IMG/VR virus record: IMGVR_UViG_3300050821_003950
Span: 31,608-95,607 of that record
DNA from: a virus
Direction: 5' to 3' (one strand)
DNA: 64,000 nt
The notes beneath the pieces are model-generated. The model was not told the DNA's origin. It was given only the letters and a program-made list of their open reading frames with translations, and ran no database searches. This document shows positions 47,145 through 56,943 of the stretch, piece after piece (position 1 is the stretch's first letter; every line of letters starts with the position of its first letter). The translations under genes were made by a program, and so were the position numbers.

Positions 47145-47491
47145 TGCCCCCGCAACTCTTCTCGCGGTTTCAATTCTGCGTCGGATACATCGATCCGGTG
47201 ACCGGGCTCTTGACGCTCACCGATCGCGACCCGTACCGCTTCGCCCCCTTCTCGGACAATATCCAACACGCCGTGAAGAGCGGCGACACGCTTTTCTCGA
47301 TCGCGAACCGCTACTACGCCGCGATGAAGCAAGCTCCGCAACTATGGTGGGTCATCGCCGACTTCCAACCCGAGCCCATCCTCGATCCGACGATCCAGCT
47401 TGAGATCGGGCGCGTGCTTCAGATTCCCTCACTCCAAACCTTGCAGACGGAGATTTTCGCGTCGACCCGTCAGCAAACCTCGGCGACGTGA
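47144..47491 (+). CDS. LysM/tail protein X-like baseplate protein
   Basis: H.VKSGDTLFSIA.RYY....LWW.IA...G..L.IP. Confidence 0.85.
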   Translation: MPPQLFSRFQFCVGYIDPVTGLLTLTDRDPYRFAPFSDNIQHAVKSGDTLFSIANRYYAAMKQAPQLWWVIADFQPEPILDPTIQLEIGRVLQIPSLQTLQTEIFASTRQQTSAT

Positions 47492-47495
47492 CCCC

Positions 47496-48941
47496 ATGGC
47501 GATCACTCGCGACGCGCCGGTCTACACGGTCAAGATCGGCTCGGTCATTCAGACCGCCACGCAAGGCGTAGCAGGATCCTCGACGTCGTCGGGCTCGTCT
47601 GCGGTGCGTCAGCCGACGAGCTTCACGAACACGACGAACACGGCCGGCGCGACTCCCGCGCCCACGGCGGCGGCGTGCGGCTACACCTTCACCTCGGTCC
47701 CCGTCGACGTCACCGAGCGCGTCGTCTCGCTAGAGTTCGACGAGGACGATCAGAAGATCGACGAGATGACGCTGACGCTGAACAACTTCGATCTCGCGCT
47801 CTTCGACGATCCGAATTGGAAGCAAGGCAACGGGCTCCTCGTCACGTGGGGCTACGCGGGCTTCCTTACGCCGACGCAGACGCTCGTGATTCAGAAAATC
47901 ACCGGCTCGATCGTGATGAAGGTCGTCGCGCACGCGATGAGCGCGACAATGAACAAGATCAAGCAGTCGCAGACCTTCGAGAACATGAAGCGGAGCGACA
48001 TCGTCTCGGCGATCGCGAAGGCGAACGGATTCGCGTCGAACGCGCAATTCGTCGACGACTCCGAGGTGATGATCTCGGCGACGCATCAGGCGCGCATGAC
48101 GGACTTCGAGTTCTTGCAGCATCTCGCCAAACGCGAAGGCTTCGTCTTCTACGTCGGTCCCGATGGGCTGCATTGGGAGCGGCGCAAGACGACGAGCGCG
48201 CCGACGCGCCGACTCATCTACTACGTCGACCCGGGCGCGGGAGACATCCTCACGTGGAACCTAGAGAACGACGTCACCGCTCTGCCCGGCGCGGTGCAAG
48301 CGGTCTGCCGCGATCCTCTTGAGAAGTCGACCATTCGCCAGATCGGCTCGAACACCGACACCGATCGAACCGACACGGCGCCCGAGGTCATCGCGAGCGT
48401 CTCGGCGCGAACGGGCGTCGTGAGCGTAGGCGCCCCCGGCGCCACGACGAGCCCGCCCGCAGTCCCCACGGCTTCGCCCGCGGTCACGCGGTTCAATGGC
48501 GTCGTCGTCGATCCCGCGACGCCCACGGCGGCGAGCGCGATCGTCCTCTCGAACGCTCCGAACGCGGCAGCGGCGAAGCGCGAGGCGGACGGGAAATACG
48601 TGAAGTCGCAGCAAGTCGCCGCGCATATCACGCTCGAATGCGTCGGCGACCCGACGGTCCGCGCGAAACAGATCCTCGACATCCAAGGGATCTCGAAGCG
48701 GCTCTCGGGGCTCTACTACTGCAAGAAGGCGAAGCACAAGGTCACCGCGAGCGGCTACACGATGTCGCTCGCGTGCGTGACGAACGGCTTGAACGGCGGC
48801 CCGGGGACGCAAGGTGTGAAGTCGGACAAGGCGGTCAACGAGAAGAGCCCGAAGGAGACCGATCAACTGAACCCCTACCAAGTCTCGGGACGGACCGGCG
48901 AGGTCACCTATCAGCCCGACGGCGGAAACACCGGCACATGA
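47496..48941 (+). CDS. baseplate hub (P2 gpD-like)
   Basis: TDFEFL..LA.REGF, GDP.v.A, SG.YY....H. Confidence 0.85.
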   Translation: MAITRDAPVYTVKIGSVIQTATQGVAGSSTSSGSSAVRQPTSFTNTTNTAGATPAPTAAACGYTFTSVPVDVTERVVSLEFDEDDQKIDEMTLTLNNFDLALFDDPNWKQGNGLLVTWGYAGFLTPTQTLVIQKITGSIVMKVVAHAMSATMNKIKQSQTFENMKRSDIVSAIAKANGFASNAQFVDDSEVMISATHQARMTDFEFLQHLAKREGFVFYVGPDGLHWERRKTTSAPTRRLIYYVDPGAGDILTWNLENDVTALPGAVQAVCRDPLEKSTIRQIGSNTDTDRTDTAPEVIASVSARTGVVSVGAPGATTSPPAVPTASPAVTRFNGVVVDPATPTAASAIVLSNAPNAAAAKREADGKYVKSQQVAAHITLECVGDPTVRAKQILDIQGISKRLSGLYYCKKAKHKVTASGYTMSLACVTNGLNGGPGTQGVKSDKAVNEKSPKETDQLNPYQVSGRTGEVTYQPDGGNTGT

Positions 48942-49549
48942 GCAACCACGAGAACGACCACGGAGACATTCGCTACTTCGCGATGTACGTCGGGACGGTC
49001 GTGTCGGCGGCCGACCCGCAAGCGCTCGGGCGCGTGCGCGTCACGATCCCCGGCTTGCTCGAAGGACAGTCGGGATGGTGCTTCCCGATGGGCATGCCGG
49101 GCGGCGGCGGCAAGGGCGTCGGGATGAAGATGGTCCCGCGCTCGGGCGCCGAGGTCGCGGTGTTCTTCAAGGGCGGCGATCCCGATTGCCCCTACTACAT
49201 GCCGGCGCAATGGGGCATGCCGGGCGGCGCGAGCGAGGCGCCGATCTGCGGCGAGAACTTTCCGACGTCGAGCACGGGCGTCACCGAGGGCGCCGAGAAG
49301 ATCGACGTCATCGAGACCGAGAAATACATCATCACGATCGACAACCGCGACGGCTCCGAGACGCTGCGCCTGAAGGACAAGAAGAACGGCGACATGATCG
49401 AGATGGACGGCACGGCCGCAACGGGACCGGGGATCACGATCTACGGGACCGCGGCGGTCTACATCAAAAGCGACGGCGCGTTCGTCGTCGATGCGCTCTC
49501 GTGCACGATCAACGGGCGCACGATGTCCGACGGCGATCAGCCGTTCTAG
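48938..49549 (+). CDS. baseplate spike (gpV/gp5 OB-fold)
   Basis: DP..LGRVRV..P, VP..GAEV.V.F.GGD...PY. Confidence 0.88.
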   Translation: MSNHENDHGDIRYFAMYVGTVVSAADPQALGRVRVTIPGLLEGQSGWCFPMGMPGGGGKGVGMKMVPRSGAEVAVFFKGGDPDCPYYMPAQWGMPGGASEAPICGENFPTSSTGVTEGAEKIDVIETEKYIITIDNRDGSETLRLKDKKNGDMIEMDGTAATGPGITIYGTAAVYIKSDGAFVVDALSCTINGRTMSDGDQPF

Positions 49550-49565
49550 GATCAGAAGGAACCTT

Positions 49566-50309
49566 ATGGCTCTCCCCGATCTGAACAACTTCTGCAACCC
49601 GCCCGCTCCGCAGACGTGCGCCCCCCTCTGCATCACCTTCCCGGGCGGCGCTCAATTCTGCGGCGTCGGCGGCACCACGCCCCCGGACTCTCTATCGTTC
49701 GCCGCGAGTGCCGTCGCGCAAGCGACCGTCGCGCTCGCTCCGCTGCAACCCGTCTTCGACGTGATCAACGTTCTCGTCGACCTCGTCGCGTGCGTGAAGG
49801 CGATCCCCGGCATCCTCGGGCCGCCCCCGAACCCCGGCAAGCTGATCGCGTGCTTCCCGAAGCTCGTCGACGACCTCGCGAAGCTGCTCGGAATCCTTCC
49901 GCCGCTCTCGGTGCCCGTCCTGATCGCGAGCATCCTCGAAGCGATCCTTTGCTTCCTCGAAGGACTGCGCGCCGTGATCATGAGCATCTTGAACAAGCTG
50001 ATCCGAATCCTCGCGGCGCTGCTCCGCGTCAAGGTGACGGGCTCGCTCGCGCTGCAAGTCGCCGTCGACTGCGAACAGCAAAACCTCGACGGCTTCCTCG
50101 CTTGGATCTCCACGCTCGTCGAGCCGATCACGTGTCTGCTCACCCTGATCAATGCGCTGCTCGGACTCATCGGCTTGCCCGAGCTGAACATCACGCTCTC
50201 GGTCGGCGTCGACGTGAGCGCGCTCGAAGCGATCCTGACCCCGATCGACGACATCATCGCGATCCTGAAGGCGCTCCTCGCCTCTTTGCCCGTCGGGGGG
50301 TCCTGCTAG
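49566..50309 (+). CDS. hydrophobic Cys/Pro-rich helical protein
   Basis: SD AAGGA; long Leu/Ile amphipathic helices. Confidence 0.65.
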   Translation: MALPDLNNFCNPPAPQTCAPLCITFPGGAQFCGVGGTTPPDSLSFAASAVAQATVALAPLQPVFDVINVLVDLVACVKAIPGILGPPPNPGKLIACFPKLVDDLAKLLGILPPLSVPVLIASILEAILCFLEGLRAVIMSILNKLIRILAALLRVKVTGSLALQVAVDCEQQNLDGFLAWISTLVEPITCLLTLINALLGLIGLPELNITLSVGVDVSALEAILTPIDDIIAILKALLASLPVGGSC

Positions 50310-50313
50310 GGCC

Positions 50314-50342
50314 TGTTCGAGCGCCTCGCATGCGGATAGGCT
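50314..50342 (+). promoter_or_regulatory. short-leader promoter
   Basis: TGTTCG-17-TAGGCT-9-ATG. Confidence 0.65.
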
Positions 50343-50351
50343 AGGGCCGTT

Positions 50352-50684
50352 ATGCCGGGTCCCCTCATCGAGAACCTCACCCCCGATCCGAGCGCGGGAC
50401 CCATCGGGCAAAACACGGCGATCAGCTTCGACGTCGTCGACGCGGCGGGCACCTTCACGGACATCCTCGTCCTCGTCTACTTCCCCGGGACGAACCTCGT
50501 CGAAGTGCCTTGGGACGGCGCGGCCTTCACGCCGTTCTACAATGCGCAATCGTCGATCGCGTCGGTCACCGACGGCCCGAACAGCGGCTACCACTTCGTC
50601 TTGAATCGCGCGGGCGGGTGGCCGGCTGCGCCGCAGCTCGTCGTCCACGCGATCGACACGTCGGGCAACGAGAACCCGCCATGA
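50352..50684 (+). CDS. small Ig-like virion protein
   Basis: promoter motif; beta-rich. Confidence 0.6.
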   Translation: MPGPLIENLTPDPSAGPIGQNTAISFDVVDAAGTFTDILVLVYFPGTNLVEVPWDGAAFTPFYNAQSSIASVTDGPNSGYHFVLNRAGGWPAAPQLVVHAIDTSGNENPP

Positions 50685-51223
50685 GCAACCCGCACCGCTA
50701 CACGTATCAGCTCACGCCCCGGGCGGCGCCCCCTCCGCTTCCGCCGAGCCCGATCGCGCTCATCTCGTCGAACATCTATAGCCCGACGGTCCCCGCCTTC
50801 CTCGGCTCGGGACTCATCCACCCTTTCATTCGCGATCAGAAAAACGACTTCGCGAACGACAATGGGCTGAACGTGATCAAGTCGTGCGTGAGCGAGATCC
50901 TCGGCACCTTCGCCGCGGACGATAGCGGCGTGATGCAAGGCGAGCTTGCGTGGCGTCCGTCGTTCGGCTCGCGCATCTACCTCTTGAAGCACAAGAAGGG
51001 GCCGCTGCTCATCGAGGCATCGCGTCACTACGCGACCGACGCGCTCGCGCGATGGGAGCCGCGCGTGACGAACCTGCGCGTGACCTCGGCCTTCTTCCCG
51101 TCTCAGCTCGCGCTCTACATCGACCTCATCTACGACGTGATCTCGAAGAACGTCCCCGGCAATCAAGTGATCTTCCAAGGCGTGGCCCAAAGAGTCGGCG
51201 TCCCGATGCAGGCGGCAGCATGA
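50681..51223 (+). CDS. baseplate wedge gp25/gpW
   Basis: IL.T..GE..WRP.FGS, AL.RWEPRV. Confidence 0.9.
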   Translation: MSNPHRYTYQLTPRAAPPPLPPSPIALISSNIYSPTVPAFLGSGLIHPFIRDQKNDFANDNGLNVIKSCVSEILGTFAADDSGVMQGELAWRPSFGSRIYLLKHKKGPLLIEASRHYATDALARWEPRVTNLRVTSAFFPSQLALYIDLIYDVISKNVPGNQVIFQGVAQRVGVPMQAAA

Positions 51224-52755
51224 GCAACGCGCCGATCCTTCCCGCGAGCCTCGACTACACCGACAAGGACTTCGCCTCGATCCGCCTTCGGCTGCAAGCG
51301 CTCATCCGATCGGTCTTCCCGACGTGGACGGATTTCAACGTCGCGAACTTCGGCGACATCCTCCTAGAGCTGTTCGCCTTCACGGGCGACATCCTCACCT
51401 ACTACCAGGACAACCAAGCGCGCGAGTCGCGGCTCGTCACGGCCGTTCAGCTTCAGAACGTGATCGCGCTCGCGCAGATGCTCGGCTACACCGTGCAAGG
51501 CGCCGAGGCCGCGCAGACGGAAGAGACGCTCACGCTCGCGTCCCCTCCGATCGGCACCGTGACGATCCCGAAGGGCTCCGTCATCCTGACGGCGAACATC
51601 ACCGGGACGGTTGCGTTTCAACTTCTTGCCGACGCCTTCTTCGCCGCGGGTCTGAACCCGCCGACGGTGAAGGTGCTCGTCGAGAACTCGACCGATCAGA
51701 CCGACACCTTCACCTCGAACGGACTGCCGAACCAAACCTTCGTCCTTTCGCAAGTGCCGTTCCTCGACACGAGCAACGGCGTCCCCATCACCACATTCAC
51801 CGCGGCGGACGGCGTCTACACCGAGGTCGTCAATTTTCTCGACTCGACCCCCACGGACAAACACTTCACGGTCTCGATCTCGGCGACGGGGCAAGCGACG
51901 ATCATGACGGGCGACGGGATCAACGGCTCGATCCCGAGCGGCGCGATCACCGTCGACTACCGCACGGGCGGCGGCAGCGCGGGCAATGTCGAGCCTACGA
52001 CCATCTCCCGAATGCAGGGGCAGTTCACCGACAGCCTCGGCAACCCGGTCGCGGTTTCAGCGACGAACGCGCAGCAAGCGCAAGGCGGGCTCGATCCGCA
52101 GACCGTCGCTCAGATCCAGGTTGCCGCTCCCGCGGGCCTGCGCTCGAACACTCGCAGCGTGTCGATCGACGACTTCGAGACGAACGCGCTCCGCGTCCCC
52201 GGCGCAGCTCGCGCGCTCATGGTGACCTCGAATCAGGATCCCGCGGTCGCCGAGAACACGGGCGACCTCTACATCGTCCCCGTCGGCGGCGGCGTCGCGG
52301 GCGTGGCTCTCTTGAACGCCGTCTTCACGATGGTCACCGTCACCTATCCCTCGACGCTCACCTTCAAGGTGAACACCTTCTCGGCGCGCTACCTCTCGGT
52401 GAATGTCTTCGCGCGCTTCTACAAGCAAAAGGGATTCACGGGCGCGCAGGTCGGCGCGAATCTCCGCGCGACCCTCGCGGCTTTCTTCGCCGTGCAGAAC
52501 GCCGACGGCACGCCGAACAAGAACGTCGACTTCGGCGCCAACCTCACCGACACGAACGGCAACCCAGCGCCGAGGATCTCGATCAACGGACTGATCGACG
52601 CGTGCGAGCAGACGACGGGCGTGAGTGAGATCGGCGGCAACCCGACCGACTTCCTCTTGAACAACGCGCACGGCGATCCGACGCTCACGCCCGAGCAGTT
52701 TCCGGCACTCGGAACCGTCACGCTCATCGACGGAGATACCGGGCTTGCCGTATGA
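51220..52755 (+). CDS. baseplate J-like wedge protein
   Basis: DYTDKDF.S, SNGLPNQTF, GDG.NG..P, GG..GNV, R.V...DFE. Confidence 0.9.
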   Translation: MSNAPILPASLDYTDKDFASIRLRLQALIRSVFPTWTDFNVANFGDILLELFAFTGDILTYYQDNQARESRLVTAVQLQNVIALAQMLGYTVQGAEAAQTEETLTLASPPIGTVTIPKGSVILTANITGTVAFQLLADAFFAAGLNPPTVKVLVENSTDQTDTFTSNGLPNQTFVLSQVPFLDTSNGVPITTFTAADGVYTEVVNFLDSTPTDKHFTVSISATGQATIMTGDGINGSIPSGAITVDYRTGGGSAGNVEPTTISRMQGQFTDSLGNPVAVSATNAQQAQGGLDPQTVAQIQVAAPAGLRSNTRSVSIDDFETNALRVPGAARALMVTSNQDPAVAENTGDLYIVPVGGGVAGVALLNAVFTMVTVTYPSTLTFKVNTFSARYLSVNVFARFYKQKGFTGAQVGANLRATLAAFFAVQNADGTPNKNVDFGANLTDTNGNPAPRISINGLIDACEQTTGVSEIGGNPTDFLLNNAHGDPTLTPEQFPALGTVTLIDGDTGLAV

Positions 52756-54365
52756 CGATCGCGAACCTGTCCTTCGAGACGCAAGGGCCGAACCCCGGCG
52801 ATGCCGCGCTATGGACGCGCTCGGTCTCGGTCCCCTTCATCTTTGAGGCGTTCGAGACGCCGCTCTTCGAGTCGCGCTTCGAGGGGTTCGAGAGGGGATG
52901 GGGCGTCGACGACTTCGTCGACTCGCTCATCGTGCCGACGAACGCGGCGGCGATGGACTTCGGAACCGAGCCCTCGGGCGGCGTGATCACGCCCTACGAC
53001 GGCTTCGAGCGCGGGTGGCGGCTTCCCAATTCGCACGGGCTCGCGATGAGCGGTCCGGGTCCCTACTTCGGCGCCGCGCCCCCCTTCAACGGCTACCCCT
53101 ACGGGCTCCGCGCGCCCTTCGCGCTCTTCAACGGCGCGACGCTGAACTTCACGATCACCGACGCGGACGGCGAAGCTACGGTCGTCGCGTGCGTCTTCTC
53201 AACGGGGCAGTTCGTCGACATCACGCACGCGCTCGCTACTGAAGTCGTCCACGCGATCAACGTCGCGATCGGAACCGCCTACGCGGGCTCGCCCGCGGCC
53301 GGATTCGCCTTCTACGACGCGTTCGGCCACGTCTTCATCCGAACCGTCGAGACGGGCGGCGCGACGGTTCAAGAGGGCGGCGCGACCGGGATCACTGCGG
53401 CGGTCGTCAGCAAAGTCGGGAGCGTCGTCACGCTCGACGGCTTCCCGAACTTGAACGACAGCTTCGTCGGGCTCCCCGTCGCTTTCACGGGCGCGTCGAG
53501 CCCGGGGAACAACGTCACGACGCCGATTGTGTCGGTCACGTACACGGGGCCGGGTCAGTGGTCGATGACGATCAGCAACGCGGGCGGCGTCGCGCCCGAC
53601 GCGAACAACGGCTCGATCGACTGGACGATCGCTCCCACGATTCCAAGCTCGGGCTGCGCGATCTTCGTGAACGGTTCGAGCACGTCGCTCGCCGCGCTCG
53701 GGTGGGAGCCCGGCAACTACGCGGGCGGCGTCGACGCGCAGCACCCCGGCGACGAGACGGCGATCTTCATCTTCGACAGCGCCGTTCAGGCGCTCTTCAG
53801 TGCCGTCGAGTTTCCGCCGCACGGGATCGCCTACGACGGCTTCGAGGCGGGATGGCCCGTCGCTCAGATCCCGTTCTATCTCGCGTGGTCGGCGGTCCCC
53901 GCGGCGACTGCACTCTTCGACAGTGGCTCGGTCGCCTACGAGAACTTCTCGGCGGGATGGGACAACGTCCCCTATCACACCGTCATGCCCGCGACGACGA
54001 CGATGCTCTTCCCGGGTCAATCGTTCCCGACGCAGCCCTACGAGAACTTCTTCGACTACTTCCCCGACGAGACCGTCGCGCCCGACTTCACGACGAGCAA
54101 GATCAACGACGTCGGAACGTCGCACGTGAACGGCGACGCGGTCACGATCTACGCGGGCGTCACGCCGCAAGGCAACGCTGGGCTCGTCCCGAGCGGTCTG
54201 AACCCGCTGATCACCTACTACGTCGTCAGCGCTACAGCGAACTCGTTCAAGCTCTCGCTCACGAGCGGCGGACCGGCCGTCGCGTTCACCGACAACGGGA
54301 CAGCGCCTTGCTTCATCAAGGCCGACCCTACGCAATACTGGACCCTAACGAACGTAGGAATTTGA
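52752..54365 (+). CDS. baseplate-associated virion protein
   Basis: ATGA coupling; NLSFE start; repeated (F/Y)(E/D)(G/N)FExGW. Confidence 0.7.
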   Translation: MTIANLSFETQGPNPGDAALWTRSVSVPFIFEAFETPLFESRFEGFERGWGVDDFVDSLIVPTNAAAMDFGTEPSGGVITPYDGFERGWRLPNSHGLAMSGPGPYFGAAPPFNGYPYGLRAPFALFNGATLNFTITDADGEATVVACVFSTGQFVDITHALATEVVHAINVAIGTAYAGSPAAGFAFYDAFGHVFIRTVETGGATVQEGGATGITAAVVSKVGSVVTLDGFPNLNDSFVGLPVAFTGASSPGNNVTTPIVSVTYTGPGQWSMTISNAGGVAPDANNGSIDWTIAPTIPSSGCAIFVNGSSTSLAALGWEPGNYAGGVDAQHPGDETAIFIFDSAVQALFSAVEFPPHGIAYDGFEAGWPVAQIPFYLAWSAVPAATALFDSGSVAYENFSAGWDNVPYHTVMPATTTMLFPGQSFPTQPYENFFDYFPDETVAPDFTTSKINDVGTSHVNGDAVTIYAGVTPQGNAGLVPSGLNPLITYYVVSATANSFKLSLTSGGPAVAFTDNGTAPCFIKADPTQYWTLTNVGI

Positions 54366-54374
54366 GGGCGCGCC

Positions 54375-55091
54375 ATGGCCGAAGCAGATTGGACATTTTT
54401 CTCGGACGGTCTCGACACGGCGAGCGTTCTTCGCGGCGTCACCTCGGGCGAGACTCCTCCCCCGGGCGGCGGCAGCTTCGTGTTCGGGATGAACTCGGTC
54501 GTGACGTCGGCCGGCGCGGTCGGGCTCTTCGCGGCTCAAGTGAACTTCGCGCCCATGGCGAAGGGCATGTCGATCAGCGCAGCGATCAAGCGCGGCGTGA
54601 GTGGCGGGCCTACGAATTTCTCACCCTTCATCTTCTGCGGCGCGCAGAACAACGTCCTCGGGTCGAGCCCGGGGACGAAAGGCTACATGCTCGGGCTCGC
54701 TGACGCGGACCCGCATTGGATCACGCTCGTCAAAGGACCGCTCGTCACCGGCACGCCGGGCGCGCAACCTCCGCAGTCGGGCGTCCTCGCGGTCGGCAAC
54801 GAGACGTTCTTGAACAACACATGGCTTCAGATCCGGCTCGACATGATCGTGAACACGAACGGCGACGTGATCCTTCAGATGTTTCGCAACGACCTTACCG
54901 TCGTCGGCGCATCGGTCCTCACGCCGACGTGGGAGCCACTGCCCGGCGCGGCGCAGTTCGTCGACGACGCGCTCGGCGTCAACTCTGGCTCGGCTCCGTT
55001 CACGAGCGGCTACGGCGGTTTCGGATTCGCGACCAAGGACGTCACGCGACGCAGCTACTTCGATCAGCTCGTCGTGTCGAGGCAACTATGA
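54375..55091 (+). CDS. virion protein (beta-sandwich/lectin-like)
   Basis: W...RLD and G..GF pattern; tail module. Confidence 0.65.
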   Translation: MAEADWTFFSDGLDTASVLRGVTSGETPPPGGGSFVFGMNSVVTSAGAVGLFAAQVNFAPMAKGMSISAAIKRGVSGGPTNFSPFIFCGAQNNVLGSSPGTKGYMLGLADADPHWITLVKGPLVTGTPGAQPPQSGVLAVGNETFLNNTWLQIRLDMIVNTNGDVILQMFRNDLTVVGASVLTPTWEPLPGAAQFVDDALGVNSGSAPFTSGYGGFGFATKDVTRRSYFDQLVVSRQL

Positions 55092-55474
55092 GCGTAGGAC
55101 TCGCTTCAACGCAAAACGGACCGACGAACCCGCTTCGGATCGGGAACGTCTACTTCAAACCGTCGGACTACAATCCCGGTTTCAAGGTCTTCTTTCGCGT
55201 CGTGCTCGAAACAACGGACCCCGGGCATCAGGCGAACATCGATCTCGTCGACGTGAACAACGTCCTCGGCAACGGTGCGGGCGCCGAGGTGCCCGGGTCT
55301 CTTCTTCAGACGACGAACACGACGGGGACGGATCTCGAAGTCGAGCTGAACGCCGCGGGCGGCAATCTCGAAACGCTGGGATCGAACATCATGCTTCTCG
55401 CGCGAATCTGGCTCACGACAACCCTTGCCGGACAGTCCGTGACGTGCAGTCACGCGGCTATCCTCGTGCAGTGA
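55088..55474 (+). CDS. hypothetical tail-module protein
   Basis: ATGA coupling. Confidence 0.6.
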   Translation: MSVGLASTQNGPTNPLRIGNVYFKPSDYNPGFKVFFRVVLETTDPGHQANIDLVDVNNVLGNGAGAEVPGSLLQTTNTTGTDLEVELNAAGGNLETLGSNIMLLARIWLTTTLAGQSVTCSHAAILVQ

Positions 55475-55478
55475 AGTC

Positions 55479-56933
55479 ATGGCTTGGACCTACGACGTCA
55501 ACAAGACCCCGGCGACGGGGGCCGACATTTGGATCGAGGTCATCACGACGCTGCTCTCGGTCGGGTGGACGCTCCCGCAGTGGAGTGACGCCACGAACGT
55601 CCATGTAGCGGGCGCGCCCGTCGCCGCGAACCTGAAGAACTATCAGTCGTGGTTTCGTCTTCGCTCGCCCGCAGATCCTACGACGGGCGCGCAGCGCGAG
55701 ATCGTCGTTCAGAATGGACAGGGCAGCGCGTCTTACCAATATTGGGCCATGAAGTATTCCGCCGCGGCGGGCTTCACGAGTACGACCATGATCGGCCAAG
55801 TGTCCTTGGTCAACGGGTCCACGACTGTCTACTTCCTCACCGACGGGAACGCGCAGTACCCCTATTACAATCTGCCCGCGAACAAATTCCTCGTCTTCGC
55901 GACGCAACCGACGGTCGCCTATCAACTGAACGGCGCGGGCGCCGTGAACACGACGCACGGAACGATGACGAGCGCGTACACGGGCGCTTCCGGCTTGTCG
56001 ACTTGCTCGCCCTACCATGTGATCAACGGCAACGCGACAGTGACCAACGGCTCGGCCGCGGTCACGTTCGCGAGCCCGCAGACGTTCCCCGTGGGCGCGG
56101 GTCTGATCTTCGCGGCGCAACCTACCGTCGTCTACTACGTGCAGACGGCGACCGTCGCGTCGACATCGGCCACGCTGACAACGATGTACGGCGGCACGGG
56201 CGGCACCGGGCTCGCTTACACAAACGTCTGTACCGCGTTGAACGTCCCCGTCGCGCTCGACGAGGTCATGTTCCCCGGCTTCTTCGCCTACGGGTGCCTC
56301 GGCGACGAGACTCGCGTGACGCTTCAGCCGTCGGCGATCTGGAATGCCGACGGCGGGATGCGCTTCCACATGGTCGCGGGCGACGCGACCGAAAATTACT
56401 CGTGGGAGTTCACGCTCACGACGAACACGACGACGAACATCGTCGCGTGCTTCGGGATGGACATCTTGACGCCGTGGGCGGGAGCGGCCGATCAGGACTG
56501 CGCGGTCTGCATCGGACAGTACAGCGGCAACTCGTGGAACGGCTACTCCGTCAGCTACTTGAACAATAGTGGCGCGTTCATTCACTCGGGCGGCGTGAAG
56601 GGGGCGCTCTATCAAACTTACTTCGCAGCGCCGATCACCTTCGGCCAAGCTCACATTTGCGCGCAGGGGTGGCAGTCGATGCCGGTCAACTCGTGGTCGG
56701 GAGAGAACCCGATCGCCACGCCGGTTTGGGTCTCGAATCAGAACACGGCTCCTCCCTACAATCACTCGTCGGGTGTCCGAGGATACAGTCAACTCATCCT
56801 CGCCGACCTGACCACGGGAGCGGGGAAGACGAACCTCGATCTCTTCAGTCTCGACGGCGGCGCACACTACGATCATATCTGGATCAACAACTCGCTTCTG
56901 CCATGGCCCTCGGGCGTGGCGGTCACGTTGTGA
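55479..56933 (+). CDS. putative receptor-binding protein, paralogue 1
   Basis: GW, WFRLRSP...RE, MKYS, GY, LPWP; internal duplicated insert. Confidence 0.65.
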   Translation: MAWTYDVNKTPATGADIWIEVITTLLSVGWTLPQWSDATNVHVAGAPVAANLKNYQSWFRLRSPADPTTGAQREIVVQNGQGSASYQYWAMKYSAAAGFTSTTMIGQVSLVNGSTTVYFLTDGNAQYPYYNLPANKFLVFATQPTVAYQLNGAGAVNTTHGTMTSAYTGASGLSTCSPYHVINGNATVTNGSAAVTFASPQTFPVGAGLIFAAQPTVVYYVQTATVASTSATLTTMYGGTGGTGLAYTNVCTALNVPVALDEVMFPGFFAYGCLGDETRVTLQPSAIWNADGGMRFHMVAGDATENYSWEFTLTTNTTTNIVACFGMDILTPWAGAADQDCAVCIGQYSGNSWNGYSVSYLNNSGAFIHSGGVKGALYQTYFAAPITFGQAHICAQGWQSMPVNSWSGENPIATPVWVSNQNTAPPYNHSSGVRGYSQLILADLTTGAGKTNLDLFSLDGGAHYDHIWINNSLLPWPSGVAVTL

Positions 56934-56943
56934 GGCGGCGCCC

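Noticed and set aside
40195-52755. Stand-alone extracellular contractile injection system or tailocin
   Set aside because: Terminase, portal, protease and capsid genes are linked, so this is a phage.
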